DNA from: a virus
Taxonomy: Duplodnaviria > Caudoviricetes
Strand: one strand, 5' to 3'
Length of the DNA stretch: 64,000 bases
Virus record (IMG/VR): IMGVR_UViG_3300033463_000004
Span: 1-64,000 of that record
Shown: one piece after another, positions 39,768 through 48,592 of the stretch
Layout of the letters: each line of letters begins with the position of its first letter
Position numbering within the stretch: the first letter of the stretch is position 1
Notes under the pieces: generated by a model
Database searches by the model: none
Told to the model about the DNA's origin: nothing
What the model saw: the letters and a program-made list of their open reading frames with translations, nothing else
Translations under genes and position numbers: made by a program

Positions 39768-39789
39768 CATGGGGGCTTTCGCCCCCATG
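39768..39789 (-). terminator. Intrinsic terminator after RNAP beta-C
   Basis: catgggggc-gaaa-gcccccatg on the minus strand, then a T-rich tract. Confidence 0.8.
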
Positions 39790-39832
39790 CAAACATTAAG
39801 ATTGACGCACGGATCCTCACGGAGGAAATTTA

Positions 39833-42052
39833 TCAGACATATTGTTTCAATTGATTTAATGTTGGTAAAAGTTCGGTGAATCGCCCATACATGGATTCAA
39901 TATAATTGCGATCGCTACCTTCAAACAAGTCGGTTTCATCCATAAGTTTAAAGAATTCATCCAGATCAACAAACGGATGTGCATTCTGGTATTTCATGAA
40001 ATATGAATACATAATCAAGAATGCACGAAGTTCAGGAATTGATATTTGAACTTCAACGTTATTGATCAAAACATCATATAACTTATCGAATGTACCAATT
40101 GTCGAATAACCGAAGATATCAGGACGCAATTTGATACCCATAAATTTGAGCGTGTTCTTCAAGTTATCCAATTGTGGAAATTGGTTGTACTTTGAGAAAT
40201 CTAATCCCATATCATTTAATTGCGCCATGAGGATTGAATTTTCTTCATATTGAGAACCACGATAATATGTCGTAATCTTTGCGAAATCTTTTACACCAAC
40301 ACCCGCAAGGAAGTTATACGTGTCATATTCACCAAACTTCACAGGGTTATCAGAATAATGTCGTAAGTTCTTATTGAACTGATGTGTCTTGACAGGTTGA
40401 TCATATAATGTCGTACGTCCAGTTGAAATTGCAGATAATGCTTTTGATGGTTCTTGTTTCAATACCCACGTATATTGGTATCCAACAGGATAAGTTTCAT
40501 CCAATTTGATCCAACGTTTATGAAGCTTCGTAAATACATTATAATGGCGCATGATTGCAGGATATTTTTCATATGCTTCCAGTATTGCATCACGAACACA
40601 TACTTCGTTGAATGGTTTAATTTGAATATTAATACCATTCATAAGAATATCATCAACAACAATTTGTGGAGATTCTTTATATAAACGCCGTATCTCGTTA
40701 CCTTGATCCGGATTGAAGATTGAAACGAATTCAGATGTGATATTGATAATTTCATCATTTGATGCACCGTTCTGATACATCTTTCCGATATGCTGGTTCA
40801 TTCTGTCCATCATGAATGTCATGGAACCTTCATAAGTTGCAAATGCAATAATACGATTCGGAACCGCAAGTGCATTTGCTAACATATGAATCGGACGTCC
40901 ATCATCTGTTTTTGGCATATCTGCAGCTGGAATAATTTTGGAAATAACCGATTTATTTCCATAACGTCCAACAACCTTCTGTCCAACTTTGATTTCCATA
41001 GGTTGAAGCATTGTGAACTTAATAATTGTATCCGCAATATATTCCTTCGTAACCCATACGGATTGATTCAAATATTTTTGTGCTTTATGATAAATATCCA
41101 ACAATGATGTGTCATCCTGATATGGATCAACAATTACAGTTGATATATATGCGTATATATCAGAATACCATTGTTTGATTTGTGATAAATAGAAATTGAA
41201 TTGATCATTCTCAACATCAACATTCGTAAAGATATCAATGTCAGCAACAATACCATGTGAGAAAATCTTTGTATCATTGATATGAGGTATGGAAGCTTCT
41301 GCAACAGATGATACATATGAATTCTCTCTAATAGAACACAAGATATCATCTTGAACTTCTTCACCGATATTTGGAAATGGTTTGTATTCTCCATTTCGAC
41401 CATAACGATTCAGCAGAAATGATTTCTTTGAAACATTCACCGTTACAATATCAACGAAATCATATTCCAATGCTTTTGCACATTCATCAGAAATAATTAA
41501 TGAATCTTCTGTGAGTTCCGGTAGTACAGCATATGCCATACGAACATTTACACCCGCGCAATAATTGTCATTTACATAAGATGACGATTGTGCAATGGAA
41601 GCTCCTTTCGGAAGAACATCTCCTTCTTGAATATTGGGGATATTATTCTTCATACGAAAACCGTATTTTTCAACAAGATTCACTGCCGGGGTGAATATTT
41701 TACAAAGATATTTTCCCGTTTCAAGATTCTGAAATATATATGCAATTGGTGAATAAGGTGCATTCGGAAACTTTACAAACTTTCGCATTAAACGGTAATC
41801 TGCATGTGTTCTGATATCCCATGAAGAACGTTTTCCGAATTCGTTCTCTGCACCAGAAAATACCATGGGAAATTCAGGATTACGAACAACCAATCTTTGA
41901 GAAGTATGTTTTACCATCATTCCTCCACGTGTCGTGGAAATCTTCTCAGGGAATGCCATTGCAGACATACCAGTCAATGACAAAGGATTTACTTCAGCAC
42001 ATCTTCTTTCAATGTCCGAAGCATTGTTCATAACTTGAGATTTTTTGGACAT
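39833..42052 (-). CDS. Phage RNA polymerase beta C-terminal subunit
   Basis: STTRGGM..H..Q, TEDSLIIS, GQKVVGRYGNKSVISKI, DGRPIHMLANALAVPNR, PVKFGEYD. Confidence 0.9.
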   Translation of the reverse strand: MSKKSQVMNNASDIERRCAEVNPLSLTGMSAMAFPEKISTTRGGMMVKHTSQRLVVRNPEFPMVFSGAENEFGKRSSWDIRTHADYRLMRKFVKFPNAPYSPIAYIFQNLETGKYLCKIFTPAVNLVEKYGFRMKNNIPNIQEGDVLPKGASIAQSSSYVNDNYCAGVNVRMAYAVLPELTEDSLIISDECAKALEYDFVDIVTVNVSKKSFLLNRYGRNGEYKPFPNIGEEVQDDILCSIRENSYVSSVAEASIPHINDTKIFSHGIVADIDIFTNVDVENDQFNFYLSQIKQWYSDIYAYISTVIVDPYQDDTSLLDIYHKAQKYLNQSVWVTKEYIADTIIKFTMLQPMEIKVGQKVVGRYGNKSVISKIIPAADMPKTDDGRPIHMLANALAVPNRIIAFATYEGSMTFMMDRMNQHIGKMYQNGASNDEIINITSEFVSIFNPDQGNEIRRLYKESPQIVVDDILMNGINIQIKPFNEVCVRDAILEAYEKYPAIMRHYNVFTKLHKRWIKLDETYPVGYQYTWVLKQEPSKALSAISTGRTTLYDQPVKTHQFNKNLRHYSDNPVKFGEYDTYNFLAGVGVKDFAKITTYYRGSQYEENSILMAQLNDMGLDFSKYNQFPQLDNLKNTLKFMGIKLRPDIFGYSTIGTFDKLYDVLINNVEVQISIPELRAFLIMYSYFMKYQNAHPFVDLDEFFKLMDETDLFEGSDRNYIESMYGRFTELLPTLNQLKQYV

Positions 42053-42195
42053 GACAATCACCAATCCTTTCGATAAAGTGTATAAGTTAGTTGTAACCCC
42101 TTTATATTTAATCATACTTTTGGGTTACTTGAAAACGATATACTTCTCAAAATAAAAAAAAATATAATGCGGGGCATTGCCCCGCATTATATTCA

Positions 42196-43074
42196 TCACT
42201 GATCTTCAGGAGTTGGTGTTGGTACTTGTGAAAGAACATCAACAACGTACTGCTCACATGGTGATTTTTCTTCTGCATTCGACATGAAATCAGATATTGC
42301 AAAGTCTGCAATAAGATACATACCAAGTACAATATACTTGTCTCCAAGTATATCAACATTTGAAAGCATGATATCGATCAGATCCAACAGATTGAATGGA
42401 CACGGACATTTATCTGACAGATAAAATTCGCAAACCTTCTTTTCCATCGGAGCAAAGAATAACATATCTTCACGATATTTGTTAATCTTATTATCATTGA
42501 ATTTCTTCGTATGAAGATAATTCTTAATATCATTCAATGTGATATTTTCAACAATGTATTCAATCATTGGTGTCATATTCGAAAAGATTTGAATACGAAT
42601 CTTTTCAATTTGCTCAATGTATTTATACACTGCCCAATAGATGAACACGTCGTCAACAATATCATCCATTGTTGCCTCACCGTTTACCAATGCCATGATA
42701 ACCGGATGTGTTTCATTGAAATCTGACCGGATACGTTCTTCGGTAATACGATTCTTGATACGTTCATACTCGGGAACAATTCTGTTTACAACGAACAAAC
42801 GTTGTTTCATAAGATCAGCCGGGTCAATTTCGTCCGGTGTTTCTTTTGGTTCGATGTCACTCGGGATAAATGCATCGATTGGAGATGTTTCAAGTTCAAT
42901 ATCCGATGTAAATGTTTTGTATTCTTCATCAAACATCTTACGATCAAGAATATGATGGCGTCCATTCAACATTCTGACATTTTGAAAGAATACATTACAT
43001 GCAGAGATTTGAACTCGGTGTGTTTCAAAGAGTTTTGTGAACTCATTGATTTTCGATTGCGGGATTTTGAACAT
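42196..43074 (-). CDS. Hypothetical protein
   Basis: GGAAGGA SD before MFKIPQ (43074); terminator at 42163-42191. Confidence 0.7.
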   Translation of the reverse strand: MFKIPQSKINEFTKLFETHRVQISACNVFFQNVRMLNGRHHILDRKMFDEEYKTFTSDIELETSPIDAFIPSDIEPKETPDEIDPADLMKQRLFVVNRIVPEYERIKNRITEERIRSDFNETHPVIMALVNGEATMDDIVDDVFIYWAVYKYIEQIEKIRIQIFSNMTPMIEYIVENITLNDIKNYLHTKKFNDNKINKYREDMLFFAPMEKKVCEFYLSDKCPCPFNLLDLIDIMLSNVDILGDKYIVLGMYLIADFAISDFMSNAEEKSPCEQYVVDVLSQVPTPTPEDQ

Positions 43075-43249
43075 CCGAATCTTCCTTCCATTGTAGATTT
43101 TGCTGTGGATAACGTTGTGCATAGTATTGCTCTCTGATAGGTTGATAATTATCAACCACGAAAGCAATTCCATTTTTTTCTATATGCACATGAACGAACA
43201 AGTCCAGTCGTGTAAACTGGACTTGTCCGAAAGATGAAGCATTGATCAT
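43043..43249 (-). CDS. Small hypothetical protein (68 aa)
   Basis: AAAGGA SD plus ATG; fills the operon gap. Confidence 0.55.
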   Translation of the reverse strand: MINASSFGQVQFTRLDLFVHVHIEKNGIAFVVDNYQPIREQYYAQRYPQQNLQWKEDSDVQNPAIENQ

Positions 43250-43282
43250 TCTTTATTTAGTTCCTTTCATATGGATTTCCCA

Positions 43283-43596
43283 TTAAGAAAGTTCATCGAC
43301 CAAGTCATCAATTGCCGAAGTGTTCAAAACTTGATGGGCGTTACGAATGGAATCATTATAACTCATTTGAGAACCATGATTTGTATTCGTTGACGCCATC
43401 TGTTGTTGATGTTGTTCCATTTGGCGCCGTTTCTGGAACCGTCGGAGTTCTCGGAGTCTGTTTACAAACTTGCGCGGCATTTGTAAGAGCGTATCAATTG
43501 GGATACACCGATTGAACAATTCGCCGAGTTCAATCAGCTCTGCTCCATCTCTGTCAAGTTTATTGCGGTAGACGACAGCCTCTGAGATAGCTGGAA
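43283..43596 (-). CDS. Tail/baseplate assembly chaperone C-terminal extension (probable -1 frameshift product)
   Basis: -1 frame reads FPAISEAVVYRNKLDRDGAELIELGELFNRCIPIDTLLQMPRKF; no SD-ATG start. Confidence 0.55.
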
Positions 43597-45285
43597 AAGC
43601 AAGGACTGACCAACGTCAGGAATCATGATACGTTTTTCATGACGACCACACTTTTCACATGTGACATCCTCGATATAAAACTGAATCGGGTCACGAGTTT
43701 CTTCAGCAACTTGCTTGATTAATGAGAAGAGAATACCAGCATCATTCATGTCGAGTGATGTTGTGATGATTTTCTCAATATCTTCCCAGTTTGTATAACG
43801 GTATGTCTGACCATCAACAACCTTGGAGATTGCAGTAATGAACAATGCCTGGAACAACAGGTATCCATATTCTGCATTGTTGGATTCGTCGAAGTCTTCA
43901 TCACTCTGGTTTTCGCTCTTAAACCGCTCGCGAAGTTCATCCATTAACGGATATCTACGATTCAAGAAATCATATGCAGACGGACGTGCTTCAATCTCAA
44001 CAAGATACTTTGTATGCGGAAGTTCATACATTTTGATTGTTGAATTGATTTTATTAAAGTGCTCGATTGCAGGTTTACCAGGAGCAACAGAACCGGTCAC
44101 TTTGTATTCATGCTGGTTTGCAAGCTCATCATTGATGTGGATAATCTTCTGAGGAATATACTTGATCTCATGTGGTTCGCGACATTTCGGGTTACCACAA
44201 ACAACCGTTGCAGTTTCCACATCATCAGATGCAGAAAGCAGAATACCCCACATCAGCAATTCACGGTCAGCATACTTTGTTTTCTTCAGGAAGTCTTCAA
44301 AGTTTGCAAAATCACCGATTGATACATTCGTGATGTGCTTATAGATAATAGACCATTGTTTCTTATCCATATCAACACGATTTCCAGAAGTCGGTTCAGA
44401 AGACAACTGAATGAATTCCCAATAACTGAGAGGAGTCAAGCAGCATCTGTAACCAGACAACGGCAATGCCAACGGAACAGAATTTGCCGTCGACTTGAAA
44501 GGAGTGATAATGTCATTACGTTGTGAATTCAATACGACTTTTGCAGTACGCATTTCTTCTTGTGTGGTTTTAATCACACGGACATTCACACGTTGCTCTT
44601 CTGACATATCCTTCACAAGATTCTCATCAATGTTCACAGTGACATCACTTACACCTGCATCAACATGAATATTGATTTCAGGAGTCGGTTCTGGAGCAGC
44701 AATAGCCGTGTCAGTTGCCGCTTCAATTGCTTCCTGTGTTTCAGCTGCTTCTTTCGCAGCTTCTTGGTCGATATTATTACCGTCATCATATCGCCAATAC
44801 TTTTTGATGATAGCGCAGAATTCATCAGTAATTTCTTCGCCATTCATCTCATAGTATTCAATAAGATCACCCATCGCTTTGCGACGATAATTGACATCAT
44901 TACCAACTTCTTCAGGAATTCCACCACCAGTGATACCCATCTTGGCAATCGCTTTCTGAATCATGTCACCAACAATATCCAGTTTGTTACCTTGGAATTC
45001 AATTGCATCCTTTTGGAATTTTGGATCCAAAGATTGTGGAGGTAACTGGACAGTCGGTTTGATTGCTTCAGCTGCTTCAGCAAGTTCCTGTTGATGTGCC
45101 TTCCGTGCTTCTTCACGTGCAGCATCTTCCGCAGCCATTTCGTTTGCTTGATCATTTACACCGAATATATCCTCTTCTTCAGGGGCATCAGCCGGTGCAG
45201 CCGGTGTTTCATTGGGATTCATAATTGATTCATTGCGTGCCATCAGTTCCTCTAATGGATCAATGAACTGCTTGTCATCAGCCAT
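43534..45285 (-). CDS. Baseplate hub / tail assembly chaperone (T4 gp26-like C-terminal region)
   Basis: DRELLMWGIL......ATVVCGNPKC and terminal VTCEKCG Zn knuckles; acidic N-terminal extension. Confidence 0.55.
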   Translation of the reverse strand: MADDKQFIDPLEELMARNESIMNPNETPAAPADAPEEEDIFGVNDQANEMAAEDAAREEARKAHQQELAEAAEAIKPTVQLPPQSLDPKFQKDAIEFQGNKLDIVGDMIQKAIAKMGITGGGIPEEVGNDVNYRRKAMGDLIEYYEMNGEEITDEFCAIIKKYWRYDDGNNIDQEAAKEAAETQEAIEAATDTAIAAPEPTPEINIHVDAGVSDVTVNIDENLVKDMSEEQRVNVRVIKTTQEEMRTAKVVLNSQRNDIITPFKSTANSVPLALPLSGYRCCLTPLSYWEFIQLSSEPTSGNRVDMDKKQWSIIYKHITNVSIGDFANFEDFLKKTKYADRELLMWGILLSASDDVETATVVCGNPKCREPHEIKYIPQKIIHINDELANQHEYKVTGSVAPGKPAIEHFNKINSTIKMYELPHTKYLVEIEARPSAYDFLNRRYPLMDELRERFKSENQSDEDFDESNNAEYGYLLFQALFITAISKVVDGQTYRYTNWEDIEKIITTSLDMNDAGILFSLIKQVAEETRDPIQFYIEDVTCEKCGRHEKRIMIPDVGQSLLFQLSQRLSSTAINLTEMEQS

Positions 45286-45388
45286 TTTTCATACTCCTTT
45301 TTGAGAAAAATTTTTCAAACAGAAATGTATATCATTGAAATGACATACGGGAATAACTCTGTATGAAATTATAAAGGGAGTATATGAT

Positions 45389-46111
45389 ATGATTTTATTT
45401 AATCGAGAAAATCTTCCGGAAATGTATTCAAAAGCATTGTGGATGAATCCGGATATTGAATATGTGTTCCATAAAACTATTGTTGAATATGACATGCAGC
45501 AAGCATCTTTATCAGTATCACGTCGTTTCCATTTAATACCGGATAATGAATTAGATATTTTGGTTCGAATGCCAAAAGAAAAACGAACACGTGAAATTGG
45601 TTTACGCCAAAGAGACGATAAAGAATTTTCAGAAAATATGATCAATGGTGTTTTACAAACCAGAAAAGAATTCATCGATGAAAATCATTTAACCGAAAAT
45701 GAAATTGTTACATTACATTCAGATGCGTTAATGTTTATTCAAAAGCATAAAATAAAAGATAACATAGATGGTGTGCAATTCATTCATAAAAATACATGGA
45801 CATCATATATACGATATGGACGAGTCGAAATGTTCTACGTGGATGGTACGATTGAATATAAAGGTATACCGAAACAAATGTTACAACAGCATACATTGGG
45901 AATGAACCAATATTTGTTGACAATCTTTAAAATGGTTGAAGATTATAACGATGACGTGTATCGTTATATATCACATTTCCAAAAAATGTATTTACAGGAT
46001 AAATTACCGGAGTATTATTATATTCCATTTGGGAATACGGGTAAACAAAAAGTCGAGAATCTGAAATTATTATCATTCATTGCAAAAATTGTAATGCATG
46101 AAATGAGGTGA
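45389..46111 (+). CDS. Small protein with DNA-polymerase-palm-like motifs
   Basis: IVEYDMQQAS and VTLHSDALMF, followed by IEYKG. Confidence 0.4.
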   Translation: MILFNRENLPEMYSKALWMNPDIEYVFHKTIVEYDMQQASLSVSRRFHLIPDNELDILVRMPKEKRTREIGLRQRDDKEFSENMINGVLQTRKEFIDENHLTENEIVTLHSDALMFIQKHKIKDNIDGVQFIHKNTWTSYIRYGRVEMFYVDGTIEYKGIPKQMLQQHTLGMNQYLLTIFKMVEDYNDDVYRYISHFQKMYLQDKLPEYYYIPFGNTGKQKVENLKLLSFIAKIVMHEMR

Positions 46112-46118
46112 TGATATA

Positions 46119-46775
46119 ATGTATGAATTTTCATGGAGACCAATCAATTGGGGTCCCGAAGATGAAAAAACTGGTGTGAATGCACGAATATTTGTGCAAA
46201 CTCTTGACAAAAATATGATGGATTTATTTTTAATCCAACATGGATTTGATCCAAAAAATGCAGATGTTAAAATAACATCGGATGACGATTATTCGGATGA
46301 CGATATGATTACATTGAAGATATTTAGAGTTGGATCTAGAAAACGGGATAAGATATATCAGATTGCAACAACAACGGAGATTGTTATGGAAATTATATCC
46401 ACAATCAGTGTTGAGTTACTAGATACAATGTCATTTGGTGCATGTGCATTAAAAGGAGAAATCGAATTATTCAATCGCGTTCAATCATTGATTGAAAAGT
46501 TAGATTATGTTTATATCAGAGAAACAAATCCGGGATTCTTGGAAAATATGGATGAAGATGCATACGCATACAGATATCCCGGTTATCCTGGATATCCCTC
46601 ATCGTATGAGGAACTATCTCGAGATGATGATATTGATGCATTAACGGAATCATTATATAACGCAGCAAATTGGACAACAGATGGTATACAACCATTTACA
46701 ATAGAATCGTATATATCAATATTCACAAGTGATTATCTTTTAGGAAAGGTGACGAAAACACATGGCTACCAATAA
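46119..46775 (+). CDS. Hypothetical acidic protein
   Basis: GAGGTG SD; 218 aa. Confidence 0.7.
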   Translation: MYEFSWRPINWGPEDEKTGVNARIFVQTLDKNMMDLFLIQHGFDPKNADVKITSDDDYSDDDMITLKIFRVGSRKRDKIYQIATTTEIVMEIISTISVELLDTMSFGACALKGEIELFNRVQSLIEKLDYVYIRETNPGFLENMDEDAYAYRYPGYPGYPSSYEELSRDDDIDALTESLYNAANWTTDGIQPFTIESYISIFTSDYLLGKVTKTHGYQ

Positions 46776-47163
46776 AAAGGAATTATCATTACAGGAATTG
46801 GTCGAATCTCATCGACCAAAGAATTTTAAATATTATTTTTATTTTCATAATCCAGATGATGTTGTTGAATTAGAGAAGAATGGATTCGATGTGACATTAC
46901 TTGACACAATTTGCAATCCGGAATTAATTCAAGCAGCAAAACAAGCAACGTTTAAATATTATGAACGCGATATAGTCGCACATGCAAAAGAACCAACGAT
47001 ACTTGAAAAAGGTGTAATCATGACAAAACAAATGGCAACAAAAACAGACAAAAAATTATCACAAGTTGGTGTTGCATTTTTCTCATTGATGAATGTGGAA
47101 TATGTTGCTGTCAAATTATGCTATGATAAATTTGACATATATGAGATATTTATTTTGACATAA
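46762..47163 (+). CDS. Hypothetical protein
   Basis: Overlaps the upstream stop; terminator at 47166-47190. Confidence 0.7.
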   Translation: MATNKKELSLQELVESHRPKNFKYYFYFHNPDDVVELEKNGFDVTLLDTICNPELIQAAKQATFKYYERDIVAHAKEPTILEKGVIMTKQMATKTDKKLSQVGVAFFSLMNVEYVAVKLCYDKFDIYEIFILT

Positions 47164-47200
47164 TTAAGGTGGGGCAAACACCCCACCTTTTCTTTGTTCT

Positions 47201-47389
47201 TATAATGAATAAAATGAGACCCATGAAGAACTTACGTCACCACAGGAGGTGACGATCATGTCTGAAATCGTTATTATACGGATTCCTCAAGGAACAGAGA
47301 TCATTTGTGAGTAACGTTCACAAATAAAACACAAACCACCATCTACAACTTAGGTGATATACTTCATGGATCTCATTTTATTCATTGTA
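47201..47389. ncRNA. Structured RNA candidate B (28-bp terminal stem, internal 18-codon ORF)
   Basis: 47201-47228 pairs with 47362-47389 with two imperfect positions; internal hairpins; lies between terminators 47166-47190 and 47412-47452. Confidence 0.6.
47258..47314 (+). CDS. Possible micropeptide MSEIVIIRIPQGTEIICE
   Basis: Perfect AGGAGGTGA SD at normal spacing, partly sequestered in hairpin 47235-47254. Confidence 0.3.
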   Translation: MSEIVIIRIPQGTEIICE

Positions 47390-47459
47390 TCAAAGTTATT
47401 ACAATATAAAATATACATGGGGGCATATGCCCCCATGTATACTTCTTTTTTTTGTACAA

Positions 47460-48566
47460 TTAGCCCGGTGCAGCATCTGATGCATACGGATTCGAGATAT
47501 CCGTATAAGAACCTTCCGGAGTATTGTAGATCTTGGAGTGATCGCTCGGTGTAAGAACGGTCTCCGGTTTTGCCTGACGTGCGATGCGTTGATTGTTCGT
47601 ACGGAATACCGGAATGTTTCCGACTCCAGACTGAACAGCATCGAGGTCCGGTCTCTTGCCTTTGTTGAACATATCGGTGTTGATATCTCCATATGTGGTA
47701 GGATTCGTATCGGTGAAGAATGCGTCTCCAGCACCAGGGTTGTAGTTCATCTTGTTTCCGAAGACAGCGAACTGCTGTACATATCTGGTCGCAAGATCGT
47801 TAACATATGCAGACTCAACGAACTGGCAGTTGTACTGCAACGTCAGAGTTTGTAGCTGAGAAGTACCAGAAGCGTTGGAATTGTAGATATCATATCCAAC
47901 CTTGCCGGACGGAATGCATCCGAGAGCCATCATAGCACCCTCAACACGTGCACCAGATCTGTCAAGTGCAATGATGAGGAACTCAGCAACTTCCCATGCA
48001 GGGGACGGCTCCAAAGCAACCGTGGATCCACCACCAGATGCCGGAGTAAAGATTCTTTGCGGAATCTTCTGTGCATCAACAGAACCAGCAACCAAACCAT
48101 GATAATGTGTGAGACCAGTGATCTCATCAGCAATACCATCAATCCACATATTATGGAAGTTTGCAGCCGGACGACCAACCAATTCAGGAATGGTAATCTG
48201 AAGTGACTGGTTGTTGTTTGCATTCTGCTGTGTCGGAATCGGAATACTTCTAGAAGCGAAGCCACCCTGCAGGTTTGTTGTCGCCAGTGAATGGTCACCA
48301 GCATTCACCGTGATACCAGTGTTATAGCATTCGATGAGTTTCTTGTACGTTGCGAACTCTTTGTTCGTATACGCATTTGAACCATCACCGAAATAGTGCA
48401 TCAGGAAATAAGGTCCACGATACATGACACAGATAACACGGTTTGTAGTCTCGGGGTTAAGACTCCGGAGTGTGTGAACATCCGGAGTCAAGCCGCCGAG
48501 CATACCTGTGTATTGTGAAAGGTCACCATTATATTCACGGATACCAGTTTGCAAGCTAATCGGCAT
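47460..48566 (-). CDS. Tail tube protein
   Basis: Directly downstream of the sheath gene; ITIPELVG.P..NFHNMWIDGIAD..TGLTHYHG; strong codon bias. Confidence 0.7.
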   Translation of the reverse strand: MPISLQTGIREYNGDLSQYTGMLGGLTPDVHTLRSLNPETTNRVICVMYRGPYFLMHYFGDGSNAYTNKEFATYKKLIECYNTGITVNAGDHSLATTNLQGGFASRSIPIPTQQNANNNQSLQITIPELVGRPAANFHNMWIDGIADEITGLTHYHGLVAGSVDAQKIPQRIFTPASGGGSTVALEPSPAWEVAEFLIIALDRSGARVEGAMMALGCIPSGKVGYDIYNSNASGTSQLQTLTLQYNCQFVESAYVNDLATRYVQQFAVFGNKMNYNPGAGDAFFTDTNPTTYGDINTDMFNKGKRPDLDAVQSGVGNIPVFRTNNQRIARQAKPETVLTPSDHSKIYNTPEGSYTDISNPYASDAAPG

Positions 48567-48592
48567 AACTATTTCTCTCCTTTCTCAAAACA

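Noticed and set aside
43074-43249. Frameshift at the A7 run near 43173-43179 fusing the 68-aa ORF to the next gene
   Set aside because: The downstream gene has its own SD and ATG at 43074, and the 68-aa frame looks like a complete protein
36512-47389. Retron msr-msd interpretation of the inverted-repeat-closed RNAs
   Set aside because: Terminal inverted repeats resemble a1/a2, but no reverse transcriptase (YADD-type motif) is encoded next to them or in the window
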